A stretch of 43,794 nt of DNA from the NCBI GenBank assembly GCA_048772705.1, contig JBLWGC010000027.1:1-43794 (forward strand). The letters run 5' to 3'. The stretch comes from Leidyana gryllorum EB-2025a (taxonomy: Eukaryota; Protista; Apicomplexa). The translations under genes and the position numbers were made by a program. Positions within the stretch are counted from its first letter, which is position 1, and the number at the start of each line of letters is the position of its first letter. The notes beneath the pieces were generated by a model that saw nothing but the letters and a program-made list of their open reading frames with translations, was not told the DNA's origin and did not search any database. Shown here piece after piece: positions 28,411 through 38,924 of this stretch.

Positions 28411-28483
28411 TACAGCCACCGAGGATCGAACTCGGGACCTTCTGCGTGTTAAGCAGACGTCGTAACCACTAGACCATGGCTGC
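28411..28483 (-). tRNA. trnV: tRNA-Val(AAC)
   Basis: Fully paired, TTAACAC loop. Confidence 0.93.
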
Positions 28484-28635
28484 ACGGAGCTTCCCAACTG
28501 TGAGAGGGGCGTGTGTTTCTGGGAACACACATATCATGAGGAGCCTGATTGTCATCTAGGGGACCTGTAGCCTCACAGAAATGGGACGGGCTGGAGTAGT
28601 ACTCATTACTTTGTGGTCAGGAATGGAAGTGTCAC

Positions 28636-28706
28636 GCATCTGTGGTCTAGTGGTAGAATGTCTCGTCGCCATCGAGACGACCCGGGTTCGATTCCCGGCA
28701 GATGCA
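28636..28706 (+). tRNA. trnG: tRNA-Gly(GCC), U33C variant
   Basis: TCGCCAT loop. Confidence 0.8.
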
Positions 28707-28767
28707 GATGAGATAGCACATGGTTGAGTTTCATGCGTGAGTTGTCTGCTCCTCCAATCACACCACA

Positions 28768-28849
28768 CGACAACTGCTGGATTTGAACCAGCGCGGGCCA
28801 GGCCCAGTAGATTTCTAGTCTACCCCCTTAACCACTCGGGCAAGTTGCC
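28768..28849 (-). tRNA. trnS: tRNA-Ser(AGA)
   Basis: Matches 22353-22434. Confidence 0.93.
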
Positions 28850-29050
28850 AACGGTAGAACTAGGCATGCCGCAGGCAATGGCTTCACATACGGTTCAGCA
28901 GCTTGACTCGGACCGCTCGCGCTGTCCGAACCCGCGGTCTCTTCATTGAAAGTCTTGCGCTCTACCGACGGAGCTGGCCCGGCAAGGAAGCTTGGACTTG
29001 GAAAAAAGTTCCTTTCGTATTGGCAACTCTTTATCAGGGATCCACTCACT

Positions 29051-29124
29051 TGGTCACGCCCGGGCTCGAACCGGGGACCTTGAGCTTATTAGGCTCACGC
29101 TCTAACCGACTGAGCTACGGGACC
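29051..29124 (-). tRNA. trnI: tRNA-Ile(AAT)
   Basis: TGAGC-CTAATAA-GCTCA. Confidence 0.87.
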
Positions 29125-29616
29125 ACTTCTGCGACGACAGATGGCACCGACCCCGCTGCTGGATCCCCCCTGAGCTAGAATCAAACATCAGAGCCATTCA
29201 GACACTGGCAAGAAGCTGTAGACCGCGCAAAGCGCTGGAAGGGCGTCGGCCCGAATCCCACTCTTCTCAGGTTGCGCCCCATACGGGAAGAACATGAGGT
29301 CTAATTGAGTGATTCGAACGCCCAATTTTCTAAGCTGAAGTCAGACCCGCTATGTTCCGCCATAGGCCCGGCTCCAGACTCATTGCATCGTGATCAGGAA
29401 TGGAGATCCAACATCTTTGAGCGTTTCAGGTCATCTTCAGAGCACCCACGGAGTTCAACTACGGGATTGCGCTGATATGCAGTCAGCTGCTAAACCACTG
29501 AGCTATGTACCCACAAACTGCCCGTCATGGTCGTTCAACCCAGTTTTATGATTCCATTCGTTCAGAAAAACAAAAACGGCCGTTACCGTGTACGAGCTTC
29601 AACAACAAGGCGACAC

Positions 29617-29686
29617 GCATCTGTGGTCTAGTGGTAGAATGTCTCGTTGCCTCGAGACGACCCGGGTTCGATTCCCGGCAGATGCA
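29617..29686 (+). pseudogene. trnG: tRNA-Gly(GCC), A37 deleted
   Basis: Same lesion as 5541-5610. Confidence 0.75.
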
Positions 29687-29750
29687 GAGGAGATCGCACA
29701 TGGTTGAGTTTTATGCGTGAGATGGTGTTTGACCCTCCGATCACATCGCA

Positions 29751-29832
29751 CGACAACTGCTGGATTTGAACCAGTGCGGGCCAGGCCCAGTAGATTTCGA
29801 GTCTACCCCCTTAACCACTCGGGCATGTTGCC
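29751..29832 (-). tRNA. trnS: tRNA-Ser(CGA)
   Basis: Matches 5675-5756. Confidence 0.85.
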
Positions 29833-30029
29833 AACGGTCGAACTCGGCATCCCGCAGACAGTGGCCTCACATACGGTTCAGCAAGCTTGACTCATCCCCT
29901 GTCTCAAATAAGGTAACGAGTCTTTTTGAACTCCGCCTGCCACGTCACTCGACAGCTGCTAGATCTGAACCAGTGGGGCCAGGCGATACTGACGACTCAG
30001 GCGTTTGAGACAGTGAGGCTGTGGGTTGT

Positions 30030-30102
30030 GCGGTGGTGGCGCAATGAATAGCGTGTTGCCCTCCGGAGGCAAAGGTTGTGGGTTCGAGTCCCGCCCACCG
30101 TT
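30030..30102 (+). tRNA. trnR: tRNA-Arg(CCG)
   Basis: Matches 5954-6026. Confidence 0.85.
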
Positions 30103-30353
30103 CTCGTGGTCTCGCTCAACAGTGGAATCGAGAAGAGTGGTTGCCATTCGGAGATGCAGACTTGCGCCATCCAAACTCAAATTCGGCACCGCGGGCCACC
30201 ACGCGATCTGTGCACTCTACCCTTTGAGCTAGCGAGAGCTATTGCATGCCGTGCTTGATGAGTGGACGATTGCCCATTGGAAATCTGCGGAACGCTGCTG
30301 GCAAGCTCGGGTCGCACGGCTGCGAGAGATGACACCAAATGTCACAACCTTTC

Positions 30354-30426
30354 TGCCTCGGCTGTGGATCGAACACGGGAACTCCAGATCTTCAGTCTGG
30401 CGCTCTCCCAACTGAGCTACCGAGGC
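30354..30426 (-). tRNA. trnF: tRNA-Phe(GAA)
   Basis: CTGAAGA loop. Confidence 0.82.
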
Positions 30427-30801
30427 GCTAGAAAGCCTTGAAACGCGGTGAAAATAAGCACTCACCGCAGCCGCATCTAGGGCCACTCCTCGCGGCATGC
30501 CGAGTTCGACAGTTGCCAACTTGCCCGAGTGGGGAGGGGTGGTGAATTTGTATTTTATTGGGCCTGGTCCGTGGGGGTGCAGGCTTTGGGCGAGAGCCGT
30601 ACCATCCTGAAAAGGAGTGGGATGTCAGGTCAACACCTCAATGAGCTTTTCTGGGAATCGGATCCAATTCTCTTTCCATCCTGACAGGGATACCACCGCT
30701 AGACCAAATAGCCGAATACTTGGGTGCATGCAACCGGATATATAGATAGAGACTCGAATCTACCGTAGCTTTTCCAGCCTATTCTTGAGGATGATCGCCG
30801 T

Positions 30802-30885
30802 TGCACAAAATGGGGTTCGAACCCATGCAGACTTGCGCCTACCAGAACTTGAGTCTGGCCCCTTAGACCACTCGGGCATCTGTGC
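30802..30885 (-). tRNA. trnL: tRNA-Leu(CAA)
   Basis: Matches 6728-6811. Confidence 0.9.
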
Positions 30886-31126
30886 GTTACTTTCTTTCTG
30901 AGTCCCAGAGTGTTAATGGCTTCCGTTGCGGCGTCGACGTCGTTCTGGGTGCAGTGTACCGCCCCGGAGTACTCTTACCGCCCGAGTTGCTTAGATGGCA
31001 ACGCATGTGATTGTAGTGGTGGCATCAAATATTCGACGAGCAAATTCCGTTCGCCGGGAGTTGAGGAGTGAACTTCATTCCATCCTGATCGATGCTTCGC
31101 TACCTCTACAGCCTCGCTCAAAGATT

Positions 31127-31198
31127 GTCCGAGTCGTCTAGTGGTTAGGACAGCACGTTGTGGCCGTGCAAACCTAGGCTCGATTCCTGGCTCGGACA
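31127..31198 (+). tRNA. trnH: tRNA-His(GTG)
   Basis: Matches 7053-7124. Confidence 0.85.
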
Positions 31199-31273
31199 AG
31201 CAGTCTAAACTGCATTGCTCTTCGCCCCGGTTGAAAATATTGCTGCAGCCATGGTCAAGTCTGTACCATCGGC

Positions 31274-31343
31274 TGCACCTGCCGGGACTCGAACCCGGGC
31301 TGCGAGCATGGAAGCTCGCATCCTACCCTTGGACCACAAGTGC
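31274..31343 (-). pseudogene. trnG: tRNA-Gly(CCC), 1-nt anticodon deletion
   Basis: 6-nt loop TTCCAT. Confidence 0.75.
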
Positions 31344-31541
31344 ACTCGAGAAAGAGCTTCAGAACCCCGAGACTCGGCCGCAGTCTGCGTTGAGCTAGTG
31401 GGTGCCTCAGGTACTGGCAGGTTCCAGTCTGCGACTTTGTGGCTAAGAGGCTTACCCTCTGGTGGCTGAACTACGAGGCCGGGCTAAGATGATTGGAGCT
31501 TGAGAGACTTCAGCTTTGCAGGTGCCCAGTCGATGCAGTCG

Positions 31542-31614
31542 AGCCTTCTGCCGGAAACGAACCGGCGACCTTTCGCTTACTAAGCGAATGTTCAGCCCCC
31601 TAAGCTAAGAAGGC
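31542..31614 (-). tRNA. trnT: tRNA-Thr(AGT), variant
   Basis: TTAGTAA loop. Confidence 0.72.
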
Positions 31615-31690
31615 AATGCAAGCCGAAGATCACGAGTCAGTCACTATTTACGCAAGTTATCAGAGCACTTTGATCGAGTACTCTAATGGC

Positions 31691-31763
31691 TTCCACTGCC
31701 GGGACTTGAACCCGGATCGTGCGGGTGAAAGCCGCATATCCTAGCCACTTAGACTACAGTGGA
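31691..31763 (-). tRNA. trnE: tRNA-Glu(TTC)
   Basis: Fully paired cloverleaf. Confidence 0.93.
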
Positions 31764-31981
31764 CGAGTCACAACAGTTGCACTGACGAATGAGGCGCCAG
31801 AGAACTGTAAGTCGGTCTCAGATGGGAAGTTCACCTAGGTTTGGCGAGTGGGCGGCTATCTCAAGTGGTAGAGCGGTGACTTGGCACGCGAGAGGCCAGT
31901 TTAGACACCTATCAATGCCGCAGGACAGGCTGAACATGGGGGCATTTGGTCACTCCTCGCGGCATGTCGAATTCGACAGTT

Positions 31982-32063
31982 GGCAACTTGCCCGAGTGGT
32001 TAAGGGGGTAGACTTGAAATCTACTGGGCCAGGTCCGCGCTGGTTCAAATCCAGCAGTTGTCG
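31982..32063 (+). tRNA. trnS: tRNA-Ser(TGA)
   Basis: GTAGA-CTTGAAA-TCTAC. Confidence 0.9.
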
Positions 32064-32326
32064 TTCGATGTGATTGGAGGGGCAGACAACAAGCCTGAAA
32101 CCCCAGAATGGTGCCTCAATCAACCATCTGCCATCTTCTTGCATCTGCGGGAATCGAACCTGGGTCGTCTAGGCGGCAACGACACAGTCTACCACTAAAC
32201 CACAGATGCGTTACACCTCCATTCCTGAATACAGAACGAAGAGTCTTAACTACTCCAGGCCGTCCAACTTAGGCCGGTACATATGAACCAGGCTCATAGG
32301 ATACGCGTTTCCAGAGACACACGCCC

Positions 32327-32617
32327 CTTCGGCAGTCCGGAAGCTCCGTGCAGCCATCTAGCGGTCACGACGTCTGCTTAACACGCAGAAGGTCCCGAGT
32401 TCAATCCTCCGTGGCTGTAACACGCATCGTTCAGGCAAGCATCACGGAATCTAGAGCGGAAGACTATCTATCTTCGGCAGTCCGGAAGCTCCGTGCAGCC
32501 ATCTAGCGGTCACGACGTCTGCTTAACACGCAGAAGGTCCCGAGTTCAATCCTCCGTGGCTGTAACACGCATCGTTCAGGCAAGCATCACGGAATCTAGA
32601 GCGGAAGACTATCTATC
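32327..32617. repeat. Tandem duplication (145-bp unit) carrying a decayed tRNA-Val(AAC)
   Basis: CTTCGGCAGTCCGGAAGCTCCG at 32327 and 32472. Confidence 0.9.
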
Positions 32618-32783
32618 TCCGAGACCGGGAATCGAACCCGGGTCTTCCGCGTGACAGGCGTAAAAACTAACCACCATACTATCTCGGTGGCTCACAAACA
32701 CACCGGCCTTCAACCCCAGAAGTTCTTCCATTTTGAGATTCCACGCATAGAAAACGCGTGGAGCGGCGAGCCAACAACATTTC

Positions 32784-32863
32784 GGCAAGATGGCCGAGTG
32801 GTCTAAGGCGCTGTGTTCAGCCCGCAGTCCGAAAGGGCGTGGGTTCGAATCCCACTCTTGTCA
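32784..32863 (+). tRNA. trnL: tRNA-Leu(CAG), G37C variant
   Basis: TTCAGCC loop; stems intact. Confidence 0.82.
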
Positions 32864-33056
32864 GGCGTTGTATTGGCACTCGGTGAGCCATTGGATGCAA
32901 CCAGCTACTAGAATCGATATCCCAGATCGTCTAGTCTTACCAGAACTTGAGTCTGGCACCTCGGACGACCCCGAAATCTGTGGCGTAGTTGAGAGCTTAA
33001 ACTGTCACCGTCGAGGGTTTGAGGTTGAGCTTGCGAACCTCGACGCCGTTGGCCGG

Positions 33057-33136
33057 CCGGGGGTAGCTCAGTTGGTAGAGCATCTGACTGTAGTACTGGC
33101 ATCAGATAGTCGGCGGTTCGATTCCGTCCCACCGGA
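33057..33136 (+). tRNA. trnY: tRNA-Tyr(GTA) with 7-nt intron (33094-33100)
   Basis: TCTGA-CTGTAG[TACTGGC]A-TCAGA; matches 19505-19584. Confidence 0.9.
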
Positions 33137-33375
33137 AGTAGAGAGATGGTTTGAAAACTACTACTCAACCTGACGATTTTGGCAGACAGCGTTGATAGGC
33201 CAACTAGACAACTCCGGCGAGGGTTCCATCTATTGTAGTTCGGAAAGGTTGGGAATCGATCCCAGAACGATTCAAAATCTCCACAGCTAACCACTGTGCC
33301 GTAGGGGCAGGCTGAACAGGCGGCTGTCTGGCCTGGTGGTATGATTCTTCCTCGGGTGGAAGAACATTGTAATTG

Positions 33376-33448
33376 GGTCTTGTAGCTCAGTCGGCAGAGC
33401 GTGTGGCTGTTAACCACAAAGTCGCAGGTTCAAAACCTGCCAGGACCG
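33376..33448 (+). tRNA. trnN: tRNA-Asn(GTT)
   Basis: Fully paired cloverleaf. Confidence 0.92.
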
Positions 33449-33563
33449 GTTTCAGAGGCACACTAAACACTGAGTGCGCTGGTGTGCCAATGGCACTTGT
33501 GGTCTGCGACCCTTCAAAGATGGAAGTTTGTTTGGATCCCGCCACGTGCAGCCGTACGAACTT

Positions 33564-33636
33564 TGGACGACCTGGGTATCGATCCCAGTACCTCTCGCAT
33601 GCGAAGCGAGCGCTCTACCATCTGAGCTAGCCGCCC
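33564..33636 (-). tRNA. trnA: tRNA-Ala(CGC)
   Basis: CTCGC-TTCGCAT-GCGAG; G3:U70. Confidence 0.92.
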
Positions 33637-33704
33637 ATCCGCTCATCCGCTCTACATGGAAGACCTATTGCATCCAGTGGCTGAGCGAGGGCCGATACAA
33701 CGGG

Positions 33705-33784
33705 TGACAAGAGTGGGATTCGAACCCACGCCCTTTCGGACTGCGCCCTTAACACAGCGCCTTGGACCACTCGGCCATCTTGCC
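33705..33784 (-). tRNA. trnL: tRNA-Leu(AAG)
   Basis: TTAAGGG loop variant. Confidence 0.82.
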
Positions 33785-34004
33785 GGAGTGCCCTTGGCTC
33801 GCCACTTTACACGCTTTCTGTCCGTGAAGTCTCGAGAAGGGAGGATTTTTGGGGTTGAAGGCCGGGATATCCACGAGCGTCCGAGATAGTATAGTGCTTA
33901 GTATTTCCGCCTGTCACTCGGAAGACCTGGGTTCGATTACCGGTCTCGGAGACACTTCGTTCTTCCGCTTTAGATTTCGTGGTGCTCACCTGACAAACGC
34001 GAGT

Positions 34005-34077
34005 TACAGCCACCGAGGATCGAACTCGGGACCTTCTGCGTGTTAAGCAGACGTCGTGACCACTAGACCATGGCTGC
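34005..34077 (-). tRNA. trnV: tRNA-Val(AAC)
   Basis: Fully paired cloverleaf. Confidence 0.92.
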
Positions 34078-34140
34078 ACGGAAGGTCCCGCAGATCAAGA
34101 GGAGTGGTGAGGTTTCACAAAGTAGTGAGAATTAGTTGCG

Positions 34141-34212
34141 AGGTCGCGGCTGGAATCGAACCCAGATAGGGAGATTCAGAGTCTCCAGTGCTAACCACTA
34201 CACCACGCAACC
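34141..34212 (-). tRNA. trnQ: tRNA-Gln(CTG)
   Basis: CTCTGAA loop. Confidence 0.85.
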
Positions 34213-34646
34213 CATTCACTGCTTCACAAAAAGAGTTGGTAGAGCATCCGGACTAGCCCTCAACCGGACACATGCAACACGCGTATCTCTACTAACCTCT
34301 GAGATATTGGAACTGGCCCTTGTACTTTAGTCGGCAGAGCGTGTGGTTGTAAAATACAAACTCGCAGATCCGGTCTCTGAGGCAACCTTCACACATACTG
34401 CGGTGCCCAAATCTATCTAAGGGCTACAGGGCACCCTCAAAGCTCTCAACTCTGTAGTCAAATAGCGCCAGTAGCACTACAAACTTTGGACGACCTGGGC
34501 ATTGATCCCGTACCTCTTGCACGCTAAGCGAGCGCTTCACCATTTGAGCTAGTCCCCCGCTGTGCAGGCCCCATCGCATTTAGTGGTACTTCACATAGTA
34601 TGACCACTCTCGCGACTGTGCTCACCGGGTTGCACGACCGACAGGC

Positions 34647-34718
34647 AGCTGTGTGGTCTAGTGGTATGATCCTTCCTTAGGGTGGAAGGAGTCCTGGGTT
34701 CGATTCCCAGAACAGCCC
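34647..34718 (+). tRNA. trnP: tRNA-Pro(AGG), acceptor variant
   Basis: TTAGGGT loop. Confidence 0.78.
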
Positions 34719-34843
34719 TCTTGGTTGTCGGTTGACCCGATGGGATAAGCAGTTTTAGAAGTAACACAGCCACCGCGTCGACACTCAAGGCAATTAACAT
34801 CTCAAGAATCGCATTTCGGCTACCTCTTCCATGTTGCGGACTG

Positions 34844-34915
34844 AGCAGTGTAGCTCATTGGAAGAGTGTTGGGCTCATAACCCAAAGGTCAGTCGATCGA
34901 AACCACTCACTGCTA
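34844..34915 (+). tRNA. trnM: Initiator tRNA-Met(CAT)
   Basis: AGCAGTG/CACTGCT acceptor; GATCGAAAC. Confidence 0.82.
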
Positions 34916-34963
34916 AGTGTGCGCAAAAGGGAAACAGTTTAGAATAGATCGGCTCGTGAGGAA

Positions 34964-35036
34964 AGGCTTCTGCCGGAGTCGAACCGGCGACCCTTCGCTT
35001 ACTAAACGAGCGCTCTACCATTTGCGCTAGTCGCCC
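34964..35036 (-). pseudogene. Chimeric tRNA: Ala 5' half plus Thr(AGT) 3' half
   Basis: GGGCGACTAG...AAATGGTAGAGCGCTCG (Ala) joined to TTAGTAAGCGAAGGGTCGCCGGTTCG...GCAGAAG (Thr). Confidence 0.8.
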
Positions 35037-35271
35037 GCGGTGCAGACCCCATCGCATTTGTTGGTTCTCAACATAGGATGACCAATTTTTAAAGTGTCTT
35101 GAGCGGGTTGCACGAACGACAGGCGGCTATTTGGTGTAGTGGTATGATACTTCCGTCGGGTGGAAGAATTCCTAGGTTCCATTCCAGAACAGCCCGCTTT
35201 GTTGTATCTTGACCCAACCTGCCTGGCAGCATGGTTCTGGGTTCAGGTGATTCCTCGGAGGAAGTCGGAGG

Positions 35272-35344
35272 GGGAGTGTAGCGCAGTCGGTAGCGCGTAG
35301 GTCTCATAATGCTAAAGTCGAGAGTTCGATCCTCTCCACTCCCA
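35272..35344 (+). tRNA. trnM: tRNA-Met(CAT), elongator, anticodon-stem variant
   Basis: Paralog of 3091-3163. Confidence 0.78.
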
Positions 35345-35525
35345 CGGTCAGAATCGAAACCGCCGACAAACTCATCATGCTATCATTCTGCATCTGTCAG
35401 GAATCGCACACGGGTTATCTCGATGGCAGCGAGCGACTCTTCCACTAGACCACAGATGCAGAACACGATTTGGTCAATCTTGTACGTGGTGACAGCCATT
35501 CCTCATAAGCTTATCGATGCATCAA

Positions 35526-35597
35526 AGCCTTCTGCCGGAATCGAACCGGCGACTGCTCGCTTACGAAGCGAACGCTCTGCCCCTAAGCTAAGAAGGC
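35526..35597 (-). tRNA. trnT: tRNA-Thr(CGT)
   Basis: TTCGTAA loop; intact T-arm. Confidence 0.9.
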
Positions 35598-35729
35598 AAC
35601 TTAGCTGGAGAATCATGTGGCAGTTGTATCGACAAAAGTTAGCCGGGTGCCACGTGCACGGCCGGCTGTCCCGCGCGCATCGTGGGGGCATGCTGGGATG
35701 AAGTCGCAGGTTGTCCTGACTACAACGCC

Positions 35730-35809
35730 TGACAAGAGTGGGATTCGAACCCACGCCCTTTCGGACTGCGGCCTGAGCACTGCGCCTTGGACCACTCGGC
35801 CATCTTGCC
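35730..35809 (-). tRNA. trnL: tRNA-Leu(CAG), variant
   Basis: CTCAGGC loop. Confidence 0.8.
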
Positions 35810-36027
35810 GAAATGTTGTTGGCTCGCCGCCCCACGCGTTTTCTATCCGTGGAATCTCAAAATGGAAGAACTTCTGGGGTTGGAGGCCGGCGTATCCAGA
35901 GCGTCCGAGATAGTATAGCGGTTAGGATTTCCGCCTATCACGCGGCAGACCAGGGTCGATTCCCGGTCTCGGAGCACAGTTCGTTTTTCCGCTTCAGATT
36001 TCGTGGTGCTCAGATAAAGTTGCGAGC

Positions 36028-36100
36028 TACAGCCACCGAGGATCGAACTCGCGACCTTCTGCGTGTGAAGCAGACGTCGTAACCGGTAGACCATGGCTGC
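36028..36100 (-). tRNA. trnV: tRNA-Val(CAC), D-loop variant
   Basis: TCTGC-TTCACAC-GCAGA. Confidence 0.75.
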
Positions 36101-36219
36101 ACGGAGCTTTCGGACTGTGAAAGGGGCGTGTGTCTCTGGAAACAGGTATCTGATGAGGGCGAAAACCGCGGAATGCTATGAGGTCTGCACAGCAGGCGAC
36201 TAGCTCAATAAGATATTGT

Positions 36220-36290
36220 GCATCTGTGGTCTAGTGGTAGAATGTCTCGTTGCCATCGAGACGACCCGGGTTCGATTCCCGGCAGATGCA
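36220..36290 (+). tRNA. trnG: tRNA-Gly(GCC)
   Basis: Fully paired cloverleaf. Confidence 0.93.
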
Positions 36291-36367
36291 GAAGACACAT
36301 GATTGTTTTCCCACCATTCCAGGGATTCACGCTTGAGTTGGTGTCTGACCCCTCCAATCACATCGCA

Positions 36368-36449
36368 CGACAACTGCTGGTTTTGAACCAGCGCGGGCTA
36401 GGCCCAGTAGATTTCTAGTCTACCCGCTTAACCACTCGGGCAAGTTGCC
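36368..36449 (-). tRNA. trnS: tRNA-Ser(AGA)
   Basis: Paralog of 275-356. Confidence 0.83.
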
Positions 36450-36932
36450 ACCTGTCGGACTTGGCATTTTGCGGCCAGTGGCTTCAAATACGTTTCAGCA
36501 AGCTTGACTAGGACTTCTCGGGCGACCCGAACGCGCTTCAAAAGGCTGGCGCTCTACCGACTGAGCTGGGTGGCAAGGAAGCTCGGACTTAATAACGGAT
36601 TTCATCCGTATTGGTCGTGGAATATTGGGGCTTCCTCGGGTCGAGGGGACGCCCGGTCTCCAACCGCGGACTCAGAAGTTATTAGGCTCACGCTCTGACC
36701 GCCTGAAATAAGCGACCGCTTCAGAGTTGAGGTGAACAGTCACTAGCCGAAGGAGCCGACTGATGTGTTCAACAAAGCCTTATGATTGGTACTGAACCGG
36801 CCACTCCGACCTTCCTCCATCCCGTCAAGCAGTCATTCCAAAGGCAAATACTGACATCGAGAAGGGGGTGTACCTACATCACTACCAATTCGCACGGGAT
36901 TCCCGATGGAAGGTGTAGCCCGTTCCGCTCTC

Positions 36933-37014
36933 GACAAGGTGGCCGAGTGGTTAAGGCGGCGGCCTGCTAAGCCGTTGGGTTTCACTCGTGTGAGTTCGAA
37001 TCTCACCCTTGTCG
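36933..37014 (+). tRNA. trnS: tRNA-Ser(GCT)
   Basis: CTGCTAA loop; intact. Confidence 0.92.
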
Positions 37015-37182
37015 GTTGCCTTTGAGAAAAAGCGCAACTGCTTCAAGGATTTAAGTGAGCTTTCTGTCCCACCCAAATCCAACGCCTACGCTGGGCGCTT
37101 TATACAGACCCGTGTTGCGTGTGTCCAGTTGAGGAAGCGCTAGTCCGGATGATTCTACCGACTCTTTTGGGTGGGCTGAACC

Positions 37183-37254
37183 GATTGCGTGGTGTAGTGG
37201 TTAGCACTGGAGACTCTGAATCTCCCGACCTGGGTTCGATTCCCGGCGCGACCT
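37183..37254 (+). tRNA. trnQ: tRNA-Gln(CTG), G2A variant
   Basis: CTCTGAA loop. Confidence 0.85.
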
Positions 37255-37318
37255 TGGAACTGGTCCTCACTACTCCCTGAAACTTCGCCACTTCTCTTGG
37301 GCTGCGGGGACCATTCAT

Positions 37319-37391
37319 GCAGCCACGGTCTAGTGGTTACGACGTCTGCTTACCACGCAGAAGGTCCCGAGTTCGATCATCGGTGGCTGTA
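37319..37391 (+). pseudogene. Val-type tRNA body with ACC anticodon (AAC>ACC)
   Basis: TCTGC-TTACCAC-GCAGA; U8C and T-stem mismatch. Confidence 0.7.
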
Positions 37392-37682
37392 ACACGCATC
37401 GTTCAGGTGAGCATCACGAAATCTAAAGCGGAAGACGATCTATCTCCGAGACCGGCAATCGACCCTGGTCTTCCGCGTGATAGGCAGAAATACTAACCGC
37501 TATACTATCTCGAGAACCAAAGGAAACAATCCTAAGCGAAATCAACTGTGCTCCGAGACCGGGAAACGAACCCTGGTCTTCCGCGTGACAGGCGGAAATA
37601 CATGCCGGCCTCCAATCCCAGCAGTCTTTCTATTTTGACTCACGAACAGAAAACGTGTAAAGCGGCGAGCCAAGAGCACTCC

Positions 37683-37762
37683 GGCAAGATGGCCGAGTGG
37701 TCTAAGGCGCTGTGTTAAGGCCGCAGTCCGAAAGGGCGTGGGTTCGAATCCCAATCTTGTCA
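37683..37762 (+). tRNA. trnL: tRNA-Leu(AAG)
   Basis: TTAAGGC loop. Confidence 0.85.
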
Positions 37763-37822
37763 ACCGTTGTATTGTCATCCGGTCAGCTACTCAATGCAAT
37801 CGCTCTTCCATGTTGTGCCTCT

Positions 37823-37895
37823 GGGCGGCTAGCTCAAATGGCAGAGCGCTCGCTTCGCATGCGAGAGGTACTGGGATCGATACCCAGGTCGTCCA
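37823..37895 (+). tRNA. trnA: tRNA-Ala(CGC)
   Basis: TTCGCAT loop; G3:U70. Confidence 0.9.
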
Positions 37896-38186
37896 AACTC
37901 AGTAGTGCGGCACCCGGCGGTAGTTAAGTACAGAGTTGCGACCTCTGACAGAGAGTCGGGAGCCGCAGCTCCTGGTACTGCCAGGCTTCGAAACTGCGAC
38001 TTTGTGGTGAACAGCTACACGCTTTGCCGACTGAGCTACAAGACCCAGTTGCAATGTTCTTTTAAGCGAGGAAAAATCATACCTTCAGACCAAACAGCCT
38101 CCTGGTCGGCCTGCCCGGCTAGAACACTCATAGGTGTCAAATGCTGGAGTACTCGGCGGTCGCGTTCGGCTGTCATTGGGTTGATT

Positions 38187-38260
38187 TGCTCCCCGGGGGG
38201 ATCGAACCCTCGACCTTCGGCACATAAGGCCGATGCTCTAACCAGCTGAGCTAGGGGAGC
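38187..38260 (-). tRNA. trnI: tRNA-Ile(TAT), intronless
   Basis: GCTCCCC/GGGGAGC acceptor; TCGGC-CTTATGT-GCCGA. Confidence 0.88.
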
Positions 38261-38571
38261 GATCACCGCCGTGCCACCGCGTAACTCACATTCGATTCTA
38301 TCTCAGGGGGGTGTTACATCAAGTGTCAGAATGCCCCGGCCTCGTGCCCACCAAGCTTGTCAGCGTCTCTGCTAATTTGCCACGGCGGTTTGAGACGTGC
38401 CTCCTGCGTCTGTCGGGAATCGAACCTGGGTCGTCTCGGTGGCAACGACACATTCTACCACTAGACCACAGATGCACGACCCGTTGTTGTTTGAGCTCGT
38501 GCACAATAACGGCCGTTTTGCTTCAGAAGAGAAGACAGAATCGAGTTGAGCGAGTATGGCGGGTAGTTTGT

Positions 38572-38643
38572 GGGTACGTAGGTCAGTGGTAGAGCAGCTG
38601 ACTGCAGATCAGCAAGTCCGTGGTTCAACTCCGCGGGTGCCCT
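38572..38643 (+). tRNA. trnC: tRNA-Cys(GCA), variant
   Basis: GCTGA-CTGCAGA-TCAGC; U73 discriminator. Confidence 0.82.
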
Positions 38644-38850
38644 GAAGATGGATTGGAACGATCGAAGATGTTGGACCACAAGGCAATGAGTCTGGAGCGG
38701 GGGATGATTTTGGGCCTATGGCGGAACGTAGCGCGTCTGACTCCAGCTTAGAAAATTGGGTGCTGTCCGCCAGTGTCTAAATGGCTCTGATGTTTGATTC
38801 CAGCTCTGGGATCCAGCATCCGGGTCGGTGCCATCTGTCGTCGCAGAAGT

Positions 38851-38924
38851 GGTCGCGTAGCTCAGTCGGTTAGAGCGTGAGCCTAATAAGCTCAAGGTCC
38901 CCGGTTCGAGCCCGGGCGTGACCA
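38851..38924 (+). tRNA. trnI: tRNA-Ile(AAT)
   Basis: Fully paired cloverleaf. Confidence 0.93.

Noticed and set aside
31274-31343. TTCCAT loop read as a Trp or frameshift-suppressor tRNA
   Set aside because: One-base deletion in a homopolymer of Gly(CCC); paralogs at 7200 and 18616 are normal, so this may be a sequencing error
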